Of a stretch of 49,984 nt of DNA, positions 18,181 to 27,946 are shown in pieces. The DNA comes from Bacteroidales bacterium (GTDB lineage Bacteria > Bacteroidota > Bacteroidia > Bacteroidales > UBA932), in contig JAFZEP010000093.1 of NCBI GenBank assembly GCA_017560625.1, positions 1 to 49,984 on the forward strand, in the 5' to 3' direction. The position numbers and the translations under genes were made by a program. The stretch's first letter is position 1. Each line of letters begins with the position of its first letter. Under the pieces are notes generated by a model, which ran no database searches, was not told where the DNA came from, and saw only the letters and a program-made list of their open reading frames with translations.

Positions 18181-19089
18181 ATGAAAGATAAATCACTGTT
18201 AAATATTTCCCCAACACAATTCAAGGCCATGTTTCCGGATGCACCTTGTGTCGGATTCGGTGACGATTTCTACGTCTTGGATGCAAGACTGAAGGACTAT
18301 CACAACCCTCAGAGCCATCCTTGCCGCATTGATGGCATAATGCTCTTCTATTGTATGAACGGAAGTCTGAACATCAATGTCAACCTTTCGGAAATGCAGA
18401 TATCGCAGGGCATGGTGTTCATAAATGTGCCGGGAAACATCATCAGAGTCAATGAGATCCTGGACGCGTCAAAGGAGGATGTGCGCTACATCTGCATGGG
18501 CCTTTCAAAGGAGTTTTTCCAGGGACTGAATGTTGAGGTGTGCAAACTTTTCAACGAAGGGATAGCTATGCTTGACTGTCCTGGGGTGAAGCTGTCTGAA
18601 TCTGACTTTGAACTTACCGGCAATCTCGTCAGATACATCATATCTCTTCTTCATTCAGAGGCTTCATATAAGAAGGAGGCAGTCCTTTCCGCATTGTCGT
18701 CGCTCTTCTACATTATCCTGGGTTCATGGACGTCAAATGCGTCAGAGTCTTCGCGGAATTCGCACACGACAAGAAGCAAGGTCATCTTCGACAGGTTCAT
18801 GAGACTCGTGATGGAGTATCATACCCAGTACAGAAATGTAGGTTTTTATGCAGAAAAACTGTGCCTGACTCCAAAGTATCTCTCGAAGATCATCAAGAAT
18901 GCGTCAGGACGTTCGGCTCCTGAGTGGATCGATTCGTACGTGATACTTGAGGCCAAGAACCTGCTGAAGTATTCGGAAACGCCGATCAAGGAGATCGTGT
19001 TCAAACTGAATTTCCCGAACCAGTCAGTGTTCTACAAGTTCTTCAAGGCTCATACGGGAATGACTCCGACAGAGTACAGGAATTCATAG
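18181..19089 (+). CDS. AraC-family transcriptional regulator
   Basis: C-terminal double HTH (VGFYAEKLCLTPKYLS...IKEIVFKLNFPNQSVFYKFFKAHTGMTPTEYR); TATATTTG at 18153-18160 upstream. Confidence 0.93.
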   Translation: MKDKSLLNISPTQFKAMFPDAPCVGFGDDFYVLDARLKDYHNPQSHPCRIDGIMLFYCMNGSLNINVNLSEMQISQGMVFINVPGNIIRVNEILDASKEDVRYICMGLSKEFFQGLNVEVCKLFNEGIAMLDCPGVKLSESDFELTGNLVRYIISLLHSEASYKKEAVLSALSSLFYIILGSWTSNASESSRNSHTTRSKVIFDRFMRLVMEYHTQYRNVGFYAEKLCLTPKYLSKIIKNASGRSAPEWIDSYVILEAKNLLKYSETPIKEIVFKLNFPNQSVFYKFFKAHTGMTPTEYRNS

Positions 19090-19101
19090 AGAGTCCTTTT
19101 C

Positions 19102-19716
19102 TTAGTGGGCAAATATGAAACCGAAATAGATTCTAGGACCGAGGGGCTTGTTAAGTCCCTCGTTATTTATTGCCATAAGCCAGTCCGCCTTGACGGTCAG
19201 CCTGAGGGCTGCTCCCACCTGGATGTCGCAACCGATGAAGGGGTCGAATGCAAAGAACGGCTGCTTGTGGAGAACGGTAACGGCTTCTGGGATCCAGTCG
19301 TGCTTGTTGCCTTCGAACATGTAGAAGGATGTCTCCATTCCACCTCCGACAGTCGCTCCGACATACGGGTAAAATCTTCCGATCTTCCAGAAACAGTCGG
19401 CCAGCGCTCCAGCCCAGAACAGCTTGTTGTGGCTTCCGCTTTCAACATCCTTGTGCAGTCCCATCGTTGAGAAATAGCCCTCGAATCCGGTGCGGAAGTG
19501 GTCGGACATGTGAAGCCTCGCCACACCTCCGATGCCGAAGGTCGTGCCGCTTGGTGAGTAGTTGTATGGATTGTCTCCTCCCCAGAGGTAGCCTGTGTGT
19601 GCCATCATTCCGCCAGAGAATCCCTTAATGAGCTTTCCTTCTTTGGAACCGGTCTCGCCGGCCATGGCCAAGGCGCAAGATAATATGGTGATGATTGTCA
19701 GTAGTCCTTTTTTCAT
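19102..19716 (-). CDS. Hypothetical outer-membrane beta-barrel protein
   Basis: Signal peptide, amphipathic Gly/aromatic strands, C-terminal RIYFGFIF; TATCTTTG on the minus strand at 19725-19732. Confidence 0.65.
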   Translation of the reverse strand: MKKGLLTIITILSCALAMAGETGSKEGKLIKGFSGGMMAHTGYLWGGDNPYNYSPSGTTFGIGGVARLHMSDHFRTGFEGYFSTMGLHKDVESGSHNKLFWAGALADCFWKIGRFYPYVGATVGGGMETSFYMFEGNKHDWIPEAVTVLHKQPFFAFDPFIGCDIQVGAALRLTVKADWLMAINNEGLNKPLGPRIYFGFIFAH

Positions 19717-19810
19717 AGCGGCAGCAAAGATATAAAAAATGATGCGTATGTCGGCACGCTGTAATAATTTTTAATGTAATTGGCGATTTGTATAAAAATA
19801 TTTATAAAGG

Positions 19811-19841
19811 CTTGCTTTTAATATTTAAATCCTTAACTTTG
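19811..19841 (+). promoter_or_regulatory. Sigma-A promoter (cTTG-N19-TAACTTTG)
   Basis: cttg at 19811-19814 and taactttg at 19834-19841 with canonical spacing. Confidence 0.7.
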
Positions 19842-19845
19842 CATT

Positions 19846-19932
19846 CGGACATCAGAAATTTTTTCGTGTCTATTTGTTAAGTTCGTTTTATATACGGCAG
19901 GGTTCCTTGGGGAGGGAACCCTGCTAATTTTA
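19846..19932 (+). ncRNA. Candidate ~85-nt sRNA or terminated leader upstream of the MFS-ROK operon
   Basis: Promoter directly upstream, 5' hairpin 19847-19871, U-rich linker, strong hairpin gcagggttcctt-gggg-agggaaccctgc (19897-19924) followed by taatttt. Confidence 0.55.
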
Positions 19933-20031
19933 TATTGTTTGTCTTCTTTTGGGCATTTCGTGTTGATTTTTTTCGTATCTTAGGCCCGATTTTAACGAAA
20001 TCATAATTATTAACATAAAAACAATCAAAAA

Positions 20032-21327
20032 ATGAACAAGAACAAAATCAATTGGGTAGCGGTCCTTACCATGATGTTCCTCTTCGGAATGATCTCGTTC
20101 GTGACTAACCTTGCAGCTCCAATCGGAACTATCTGGAAGCAGGCTCCCGGTATCGAGGGCTCTAACTTCTGGGGAATGATGGGTAACATGATGAACTTCC
20201 TTGCATACCTTTTCATGGGTCTGCCGGCAGGTCGCCTCATCACTAAGTTCGGTTACAAGAAGTCTACTCTTCTCGGTGTAGGTATCGGATTCTTCGGAGT
20301 TCTGATCCAGTTCCTTTCTGGTAAGATCGGTGTAGGTGCTACTCTCGCTGGCCTCCCTGCAAACTTCTTCGTTTATCTTCTTGGAGCATTCGTCTGCGGT
20401 TTCTCAGTATGTCTCCTCAACACAGTTGTAAACCCTATGCTTAACCTCCTCGGTGGCGGTGGAAACAAGGGTAATCAGCTTGTTCAGATCGGTGGTACAT
20501 TCAACTCCCTCACCGGTACACTCACTCCTATGCTCGTGGGTGCTCTCATCGGAACAGTTACAGCTGACACTCAGATCGCTGACGTAAATACAGTTCTTTA
20601 CATTGCAATGGGTGTGTTCCTTGCAACATTTGCAGTTCTCGTGTTCGTTCCATTCGTAGAGCCTGAGCAGTCTGCAGAAAAGTCAGATGTTACAGTAAAG
20701 AACCTTCTCAAGTACAAGCACCTTGTATTCGGTGTGATCGCAATCTTCTTCTATGTAGGTGTTGAGGTCGGTATCCCTGGTACCCTTAACTTCTATCTTA
20801 CTGATACACTCGGCGTTGAGGGTGCTGCTACAACAGCAGGATTCGTTGCCGGAACATACTGGTTCCTCATGCTCATCGGCCGTTTCGCATCAAGCCTCAT
20901 CAGCGGTAAGGTTTCGAGCCGCACACAGCTTTCTGTAACATGTGCTGCCGCAATCGCTCTCGTGATCGGTGCTATCTTCTCAACTGATGTTGCTGCCAAG
21001 ATGCCAGTCTTTACAGGTTCAGGTTTCGCAATGGCTGAGGTTCCTCTCACAGCAGTGCTTCTCGTATGCTGCGGTCTTTGTACATCAGTGATGTGGGGTA
21101 CAATCTTCAACCTCTCTATCGAGGGTCTCGGCAAGTACTCTGCTCTTGCATCCGGTATGTTCATGACAATGGTTGTCGGTGGTGGTGTTCTTCCACTCGT
21201 TCAGAATGCATGCATCAATCCAGAGGTGGCTTCTTCATACATGTCAAGCTACTGGATCATCGTTGCAGCTCTTGCATACATGCTTTGGTTCGCACTCCTC
21301 GGTTCACGAGTTAAACAGACTAAATAA
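20032..21327 (+). CDS. MFS sugar permease (FucP/GluP/NagP family)
   Basis: About 12 hydrophobic segments; LNTVVNP, FFYVGVEVG, SVMWGTIF and MVVGGG motifs; adjacent to a ROK kinase. Confidence 0.88.
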   Translation: MNKNKINWVAVLTMMFLFGMISFVTNLAAPIGTIWKQAPGIEGSNFWGMMGNMMNFLAYLFMGLPAGRLITKFGYKKSTLLGVGIGFFGVLIQFLSGKIGVGATLAGLPANFFVYLLGAFVCGFSVCLLNTVVNPMLNLLGGGGNKGNQLVQIGGTFNSLTGTLTPMLVGALIGTVTADTQIADVNTVLYIAMGVFLATFAVLVFVPFVEPEQSAEKSDVTVKNLLKYKHLVFGVIAIFFYVGVEVGIPGTLNFYLTDTLGVEGAATTAGFVAGTYWFLMLIGRFASSLISGKVSSRTQLSVTCAAAIALVIGAIFSTDVAAKMPVFTGSGFAMAEVPLTAVLLVCCGLCTSVMWGTIFNLSIEGLGKYSALASGMFMTMVVGGGVLPLVQNACINPEVASSYMSSYWIIVAALAYMLWFALLGSRVKQTK

Positions 21328-21349
21328 CCTTTAATAAAAATATAAAACA

Positions 21350-22306
21350 ATGAATTCATCATACGTAGTAGGTATCGATGTAGGAGGTCAGACTTCCAAG
21401 ATCGGTGTTGTAGATGCAAGAGGAACAGTCCTCGCTCAGACAGTCATCCGTACAGACACTTATGACCAGGTAGAGCCTTATATCGCAGAGCTTGCAGAGG
21501 CTGTGAACAAACTCATCAAGGAGTCAGGTACTGAGGGTAAAGTACGCGGTATCGGAGTCGGAGCTCCTAACGGAAACTACTACACAGGTACAATCGAGAA
21601 CGCTCCAAACCTCCTTTGGGGACGCAAGAGAGTAGAGTTCTCAAAGCTTCTTTCTGAGGCGATGGGCGGTCTTCCGGTAGCTCTTACAAACGATGCAAAC
21701 GCTGCTGCTGTAGGTGAGATGACTTACGGTGCTGCACGTGGAATGAAGAACTTCATCATGATCACTCTCGGTACAGGCGTCGGTTCAGGTATCGTAATCA
21801 ACGGTGAGGTCGTTTACGGACACGACGGTTTCGCAGGTGAACTCGGACACACTGCTGCTGTTCACAACAACGGTCGTGCTTGCGGTTGCGGTAAGACAGG
21901 ATGTCTCGAGACTTATGCTTCAGCTACAGGTGTTGCACGTACAGCACGTGAGTGGCTCGAGCTTTCAGATGAGCCATCTGTTCTCAGAAGCCTCGACACA
22001 ATCGCTTCAAAGGACGTTTACGATGCAGCTAAGGAAGGTGACAAGCTCGCTCTCAAGATCTTCGAGTTCACTGGTAAGATCCTCGGCCGCTCGTTCGCAG
22101 ACTTCATCGCATTCAGCGCACCTGAGGCAATCGTCCTCTTCGGTGGTCTTGCACGTGCCAAGGAGTTCCTCACAGAGCCTATCCTCGATGCTATGAACGC
22201 AAACGTACTTCCTTTGTGGAGAAACAAGGTAGAGTTGGTTTACTCTCAGCTTAAGGAGTCTGACGCAGCCATCCTCGGCGCTTCAGCCCTCGCATGGGAG
22301 CTCTAA
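21350..22306 (+). CDS. ROK-family sugar kinase (glucokinase-like)
   Basis: GIDVGG, NDANAAAVGE, TLGTGVGSG and GELGH...CGCGKTGCLE motifs; no N-terminal HTH. Confidence 0.93.
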   Translation: MNSSYVVGIDVGGQTSKIGVVDARGTVLAQTVIRTDTYDQVEPYIAELAEAVNKLIKESGTEGKVRGIGVGAPNGNYYTGTIENAPNLLWGRKRVEFSKLLSEAMGGLPVALTNDANAAAVGEMTYGAARGMKNFIMITLGTGVGSGIVINGEVVYGHDGFAGELGHTAAVHNNGRACGCGKTGCLETYASATGVARTAREWLELSDEPSVLRSLDTIASKDVYDAAKEGDKLALKIFEFTGKILGRSFADFIAFSAPEAIVLFGGLARAKEFLTEPILDAMNANVLPLWRNKVELVYSQLKESDAAILGASALAWEL

Positions 22307-22319
22307 TCATCTTATACAC

Positions 22320-22358
22320 ACAAAAACAGGACAGCCTCGATGGCTGTCCTGTTTTTGT
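22320..22358. terminator. Bidirectional intrinsic terminator
   Basis: acaaaaacaggacagcc-tcgat-ggctgtcctgtttttgt between convergent genes. Confidence 0.9.
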
Positions 22359-22380
22359 ATATGCATGACACTGCGTTATT

Positions 22381-23070
22381 TTAGAAGCGCAGGATGCGCA
22401 TTTCAGGGGCGATGCGCAGTGGGGTAGAGCGGATGAAGAGGATCCACTGGGCCGCATAGTATGGAATCATGATCATGAGTCTGCTGTGTGGCACTGGTCC
22501 GACAAACATGCACCATGCGATTATGAAGTCAGAGAAGACGAACAGCACGGCGCCAAGGGCGTAGAGGCTGCTTCTCTGCAATAATGCAGACAGCATCATC
22601 AGACTGATGAGGCACGTGTAGATCGAGACTCCGGTTCTGATCAGTCCCGGCTCTGCTCCCGGTACAACCTTGATGAATGCGGTGGCCAGAAGCGCTGCTG
22701 TGCAGAATATTACGATTGCAAGGTAACCTTTTGCCCTGCCTGTGAGTTTCCTGTCGTGCTCGACCTTTTTAAAATATCTCTCTATGAAATAGGCAATGAA
22801 CATTATATGCGCCACGGCGAATGCTCCCATCTGATACAGGAACTCTCCACTGTAGCCGAAATAGTCTCCGACTGCGGAGAATGTGAATGCCAGCGTCATC
22901 TGCCATGGGCAGAGCCAAATGGAGAATATTGCTGCTGTAAGCACTGGAAACGCAGTCTTGTGAGGTATTTCCACTGGCATGAAGAACAGAACTACGGCTG
23001 CAATGAACAGTATGCTGCCTAGAATTGCTAATGTTTTAGCCGTCTTTTCTTTAAGTTTCAGAATCCCCAT
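22381..23070 (-). CDS. Lysoplasmalogenase / YhhN-family membrane protein
   Basis: FSAVGD, GAFAVAH, GAVLFVFSD and YYAAQ motifs; start at ATG 23070 with TAACTTTG on the minus strand at 23089-23096. Confidence 0.85.
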   Translation of the reverse strand: MGILKLKEKTAKTLAILGSILFIAAVVLFFMPVEIPHKTAFPVLTAAIFSIWLCPWQMTLAFTFSAVGDYFGYSGEFLYQMGAFAVAHIMFIAYFIERYFKKVEHDRKLTGRAKGYLAIVIFCTAALLATAFIKVVPGAEPGLIRTGVSIYTCLISLMMLSALLQRSSLYALGAVLFVFSDFIIAWCMFVGPVPHSRLMIMIPYYAAQWILFIRSTPLRIAPEMRILRF

Positions 23071-23214
23071 ATCTTTCGGTTTAGGCCACAAAGTTAAAAA
23101 ATATATTGTTCTATTTCTTTTAGATTGTAATCCGAGTCCTTCCTTTTTGTTGAAAATTTTAATGTTCACTAAGGTGCACTGTGGTAAAATCGGCCGTTTT
23201 AAAGGCATTGGAAG

Positions 23215-23246
23215 TTTGGATTTATAAAAAAACTTTATCATCTTTG
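23215..23246 (+). promoter_or_regulatory. Probable promoter of SusC/D module 1
   Basis: TTTG (23215-23218), 20-nt spacer, cATCTTTG (23239-23246); one mismatch to TAnnTTTG. Confidence 0.5.
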
Positions 23247-23352
23247 TAATTCGGGTAAATTTTCATTATCCGACCCTTCGGGGCTAGTATGTGGTGAAAA
23301 CATGCTAAGAAATAATCAATAATTTATAATGTTTAACTTAAAAGTAACTACT

Positions 23353-26334
23353 ATGAGAAAAATTAAACTATTTCTCACAGCGTTAGCGGTGATGATCTCT
23401 TCTGTAGCCTTTGCGCAGAAGCTGACAGTCACTGGAAATGTGACTGACGCCTCTACAGGCGAACCGGTACCTTTCGCTTCAGTTCATGAAAAAGGTACAA
23501 TGAACGGAGTCAACACTGACGTAGATGGAAATTACTCTATCTCAGTTTCAAAGACTGCTGTTCTCGTTTTCTCTTCAATCGGATACGAGGCAGTCGAGAT
23601 TGCTGTAGATGGAAAGGCAAAAGTTAACTGTGATCTCCCAGTTGATTCTGAGGTCCTTGAGCAGGCAGTGGCAATCGGCTACGGTTCTGCAAAGAAGGTC
23701 GGAACAATGGTAGGATCGGTAACAACAGTTAAGTCCGATGCGCTTAAGAATGCTCCGTCTTCTTCAGCACTCGATGCTCTCCAGGGACAGGTGGCAGGTC
23801 TTTCTGTCATGACAACTGGTGGTGTTGCCGGTGACAACAACGTAACTATGCAGCTCCACGGTATGGGATCCCTCGGATCAAGCACAGCTCCTCTTTACAT
23901 CATCGACGGTGTACAGGCATCAAGCGGTGCTGTCATGGCGATGAACCCAAATGATATCGCTTCGATCTCTATCCTTAAGGATGCGTCAGCGACTTCAATC
24001 TACGGTTCACGTGCAGCAAACGGTGTTGTTTACGTAACAACAAAGGCTGGTGCTTACAACAATAGAGCGACTGTGACAGTAAGAAGCCAGGCAGGTATCT
24101 CTACACTCGCAGACTTCACTCTCTATGATAACATGATGTCAGGCTCTGAGCTTAAGGACTTCCTCGTTAAGGCCGGTCTCATGACTCCTGAGCAGATCTA
24201 CAACAAGTGGACCAGCAAGGGTTGGGATGCAAACACAGAGTGGTACAAGTACTTCCAGCAGTTCAATAACCCTCAGTTCCAGAACGATATCGCAGTTGAG
24301 GGTGGTGGAGAGAAGGTAGCATACATGATCGGTGCTTCACAGTTCCACCAGAGAGGTACTGCTTTCGGTAACTTCTATGACAGATATACAGTACGTACAA
24401 ACGTACAGGGTCGTCCAAAGGATTGGCTTAAGGTCGGTATGAACGTTGCGTTCTCACTCGAGCAGACAGCAGGTGCTGGTTTCTGGGGTGGTTCAAGCGG
24501 AACATCAAACAACCCTTACGGAGGTCTTTCATATGTTAAGAACCCTCTTATCCCTGCAACAGACGCTGACGGAAACGTTCCTGAGGTTATGTGGGCTGAC
24601 GGTAACTACAACACAAAGTACCTCATCAAAATGCAGCCTAAGCAGACTGACAGCTACAATCTCCTCGGATCATTCAACGTAGAGATCGAGCCGTTCAAGA
24701 ACTTCAAGATCGCTTCACGTGCCGGTGTTGACGGATACTTCACAACTTACGGTTACACTCTCATGCCTTCTGCACAGTTCGCTGGTGGCGTCGGTTCAAG
24801 AAGCAGACAGATGGGCTACAGCTATGCAGCTACTGTTACAAACACAATCGAGTACTCTTTCGATATCGCTAACACTCACCACTTCAGCGTTCTCGCTGGA
24901 CACGAGGGTGTAGGTAACTTCTCAGAGTCGATCAGCGCATCATCAGAGAACTTCACTGATGACCGTCTTACAAATCTCCAGGATGGTGAGCAGAGCTCAT
25001 TCTCTATCAGCGAAAGCCTTAGCCAGAGCCGCTTCCTTTCATTCTTCGGAAGATTCGACTACTCTCTCATGGACAAGTACTACTTCGATGCTTCAGTTCG
25101 TAACGACGCATGTTCACGTTTCGGTGCAAACAACAGAAACGCAACATTCTGGGCTGTCGGTGGAATGTGGAAGATGAAGTCAGAGGATTTCCTCAACAGC
25201 GTATCTGCTGTCGATGACCTCAACTTCAAGGTGAGCTACGGTACACAGGGTAACGCCTCTATCGGTAACTACCAGCACCTCGGACTCATCTCAGGTTCAT
25301 CTAAGTACATGGATACAGCAGTGAAGGTTCTTGCTCAGCCAGCAAACCCTGGTCTTACTTGGGAGCAGCAGGCACTCTTCACAGTAGGTGTCAACGGTCG
25401 CCTCTTCAACAGACTCGACTTCAACTTCGAGTTCTACAACAGGGTCACTACTGACATGTTGATGGACGTTCCTTACAACTATACAACTGGTTTCAGCTCT
25501 CTTAAGGCAAACGTAGGTAGCCTTTCAAACAGAGGTGTGGACATCACTCTCGGCGTTGACATCCTCAGAGGAAGAGACTACTACTTGAGAGCTCAGACAA
25601 CATTCAACTACAATGCTGAGAAGGTGACTGGCCTCTTCAACGGTCTCGACAGATGGGAGATGACAGGTTACGGTCTTGCATACGTAGTAGGTAAGCCAGT
25701 TATGTTCTACGCTCCGATCTTCGCTGGTATCGACCCAGCTGACGGTGCTCCAATGTGGTACGTACCAGGTGAGAACGTAGACGAGACTACAATGAACGAG
25801 ACTACAAAGGTATTCGATGAGGCATCCCTCACTCAGAACACTGGCCTTAGATATACACCTCCTGTATACGGTGGTTTCAGCCTTAGCGGTGGTTGGAGAG
25901 GCTTCTCAGTTCAGGCTGACTTCTCTTACGTTCTTGGTAAGACCCTCATCAACAACGACGCATACTTCTATGCAAACCCTAATGCATTTGCTGAGCAGAA
26001 CTACCACAAGGCAGTAGCTGACTTCTGGACTCCAGAGAACACAGACGCTGAATATCCAGACTGGTCAAAGGGTTACATCATGCAGTTCGATACTCACATG
26101 TATGAGGACGCAGACTTCCTCCGTCTCAAGAACCTCCAGGTGGCTTACAGCCTTCCTAAGAAGTTCCTTGCCGGACAGAATGTTCTCAACGGTCTCAAAC
26201 TTACATTCACAGGACGTAATCTTCTTACAGTTACCAAGTATTCAGGTATCGACCCTGAGGTTGCTGGTAACCTTACACTCGGCCGTCTCGGTAACTCTAA
26301 GCAGTACCTCTTCGGACTTGAGTTGACTTTCTAG
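23353..26334 (+). CDS. susC: SusC/RagA-family TonB-dependent transporter (copy 1)
   Basis: Signal peptide, carboxypeptidase-regulatory-like N-domain, plug motifs PLYIIDG and LKDASATSIYGSRAANGV, LTWE, C-terminal LTF; start at ATG 23353. Confidence 0.96.
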   Translation: MRKIKLFLTALAVMISSVAFAQKLTVTGNVTDASTGEPVPFASVHEKGTMNGVNTDVDGNYSISVSKTAVLVFSSIGYEAVEIAVDGKAKVNCDLPVDSEVLEQAVAIGYGSAKKVGTMVGSVTTVKSDALKNAPSSSALDALQGQVAGLSVMTTGGVAGDNNVTMQLHGMGSLGSSTAPLYIIDGVQASSGAVMAMNPNDIASISILKDASATSIYGSRAANGVVYVTTKAGAYNNRATVTVRSQAGISTLADFTLYDNMMSGSELKDFLVKAGLMTPEQIYNKWTSKGWDANTEWYKYFQQFNNPQFQNDIAVEGGGEKVAYMIGASQFHQRGTAFGNFYDRYTVRTNVQGRPKDWLKVGMNVAFSLEQTAGAGFWGGSSGTSNNPYGGLSYVKNPLIPATDADGNVPEVMWADGNYNTKYLIKMQPKQTDSYNLLGSFNVEIEPFKNFKIASRAGVDGYFTTYGYTLMPSAQFAGGVGSRSRQMGYSYAATVTNTIEYSFDIANTHHFSVLAGHEGVGNFSESISASSENFTDDRLTNLQDGEQSSFSISESLSQSRFLSFFGRFDYSLMDKYYFDASVRNDACSRFGANNRNATFWAVGGMWKMKSEDFLNSVSAVDDLNFKVSYGTQGNASIGNYQHLGLISGSSKYMDTAVKVLAQPANPGLTWEQQALFTVGVNGRLFNRLDFNFEFYNRVTTDMLMDVPYNYTTGFSSLKANVGSLSNRGVDITLGVDILRGRDYYLRAQTTFNYNAEKVTGLFNGLDRWEMTGYGLAYVVGKPVMFYAPIFAGIDPADGAPMWYVPGENVDETTMNETTKVFDEASLTQNTGLRYTPPVYGGFSLSGGWRGFSVQADFSYVLGKTLINNDAYFYANPNAFAEQNYHKAVADFWTPENTDAEYPDWSKGYIMQFDTHMYEDADFLRLKNLQVAYSLPKKFLAGQNVLNGLKLTFTGRNLLTVTKYSGIDPEVAGNLTLGRLGNSKQYLFGLELTF

Positions 26335-26361
26335 AAGATGGACATTTAATAAGAATTCAAT

Positions 26362-27927
26362 ATGAAAAACACATTAAGAAATATCCTTCTTGGCGGACTG
26401 GTTGTAGCGATGACTGCATCATGCGATCTCAACCTTGTTCCGACCACTTCCATCACATATGAGGAAGGCACTCCGCTTCTCCTTTCTAAGAGGGACATTG
26501 CAGAGTTTCAGAATGGTGTAATTGCTTCATATAGAGGATTGCATTACGGATCATCATGGCAGACTGTAGAGGTTATGACAGAGTGCTTCAACGCAACTAT
26601 CGACTTCGGTAACAACTACGGTTTCGTACACAGACTCGGTTCTGGTTTCCTCGCAAGCGACGACTACACAACAGGCATCTGGGCAAACCACTACGGTGCT
26701 ATCAAGAACTACAACATCGCTCTTGCACAGTGCGAAATGGTTACTGACGAGGCTCTCCTCCCAGCAACAAACGTTCTCAAGGGTATCACTCTCTTCTGCC
26801 GTGCATCATCATATTTGACTCTTGCAAGACATTTCTCTGCAGACTATGATCCTGCTACAGCAGCAACAGAGCTCAGCGTTCCGCTCATCCTTGTTTACGA
26901 TCAGCTCCACAAGCCGGTTCGTGCAACTCTCAAGGAGGTTTATGACCAGATCATCGACGACCTCGATGAGGCAGAGGCTCTTCTCGAGGAGGCTGGCACT
27001 ATCGTTCTCAACAACAACCCACAGGAGGGAACAGTAAATCTTCTTGGTCAGCCAAAGGCACCAGCTCCGACAGTTGACGCTGTGAAGGCTCTCAAGGCTC
27101 GTTACTATCTTGATATCCACGAGTACGAGGATGCTGCTGCCTATGCTGAGGAGGTAATCAACTCAGATGCAGGTTATGCACTCTCATCTTCTCTCCAGGA
27201 GATGACCAATGAGTTCATGAACGATGCAGGAAACGAGTCTATCATCCGTCTTTATGCATCTAAGTCAGAGGGTATCGTTGGATGTTCACTCTACACAGGT
27301 GTACAGTCAACTGACGCTGAGGGCAAGTTCTTCCAGCCTACATTCATCCCTTCACAGGTGATCATCAATGCATACAACAACTCTGACCTTCGTAAGCAGC
27401 TTTGGTTCCCGGTTGACATGTATCCTGTAAAGAGCCAGGGTACTCTCTACAACGGTATCGCAATGTTTACAAAGTATATCGGTAATCCTGCTCTCCAGTC
27501 TGGTGAGAACGAGGACTGCGCTCACTTCTGCAAGCCTCTCATGCTTTCTGAGATGTATCTCATCGCAGCTGAGGCATATGCACAGGCCGGTGATGATGCA
27601 GCTGCAGCAGATATCCTCGCTGAGCTCAGATCAGCTCGTAAGGCTGGTGCTTCTGAGGGCGACGTAATGGAGGAGATCAAACTCGAGTGGCTCAGAGAGA
27701 CTGTAGGTGATGGTCAGAGAATCAACTGCATCAAGCGTTGGGGTGACGGCCTTCCTGCAAGACCAGCTCAGGCTGCTGCTAAGGATATCGTGATGTCTAC
27801 TCCAGAGTCTGACTACACTGGCAGAACACTTGCGGCTGACGCTCATACACTTGTATGGCCTATCCCAAGCTATGAGATCAAGATCTCTCCTGCTCTTATC
27901 CAGAACCCAGGTTATTCAGCAGAGTAA
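26362..27927 (+). CDS. susD: SusD/RagB-family lipoprotein (copy 1)
   Basis: Lipobox TASC; VYDQIIDDL, LSEMYLIAAEA, WPIP.YEI and QNPGY motifs. Confidence 0.93.
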   Translation: MKNTLRNILLGGLVVAMTASCDLNLVPTTSITYEEGTPLLLSKRDIAEFQNGVIASYRGLHYGSSWQTVEVMTECFNATIDFGNNYGFVHRLGSGFLASDDYTTGIWANHYGAIKNYNIALAQCEMVTDEALLPATNVLKGITLFCRASSYLTLARHFSADYDPATAATELSVPLILVYDQLHKPVRATLKEVYDQIIDDLDEAEALLEEAGTIVLNNNPQEGTVNLLGQPKAPAPTVDAVKALKARYYLDIHEYEDAAAYAEEVINSDAGYALSSSLQEMTNEFMNDAGNESIIRLYASKSEGIVGCSLYTGVQSTDAEGKFFQPTFIPSQVIINAYNNSDLRKQLWFPVDMYPVKSQGTLYNGIAMFTKYIGNPALQSGENEDCAHFCKPLMLSEMYLIAAEAYAQAGDDAAAADILAELRSARKAGASEGDVMEEIKLEWLRETVGDGQRINCIKRWGDGLPARPAQAAAKDIVMSTPESDYTGRTLAADAHTLVWPIPSYEIKISPALIQNPGYSAE

Positions 27928-27946
27928 TTTTTAAAATTGTACGGAA

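Noticed and set aside
21350-22306. ROK transcriptional repressor
   Set aside because: It lacks the N-terminal HTH and has the DxGG ATP-binding motif, so it is a kinase.
23071-23241. 57-aa N-terminal extension of the YhhN ORF
   Set aside because: AT-rich divergent promoter region with a -7 element at 23089-23096 inside the extension; the real start is likely 23070.
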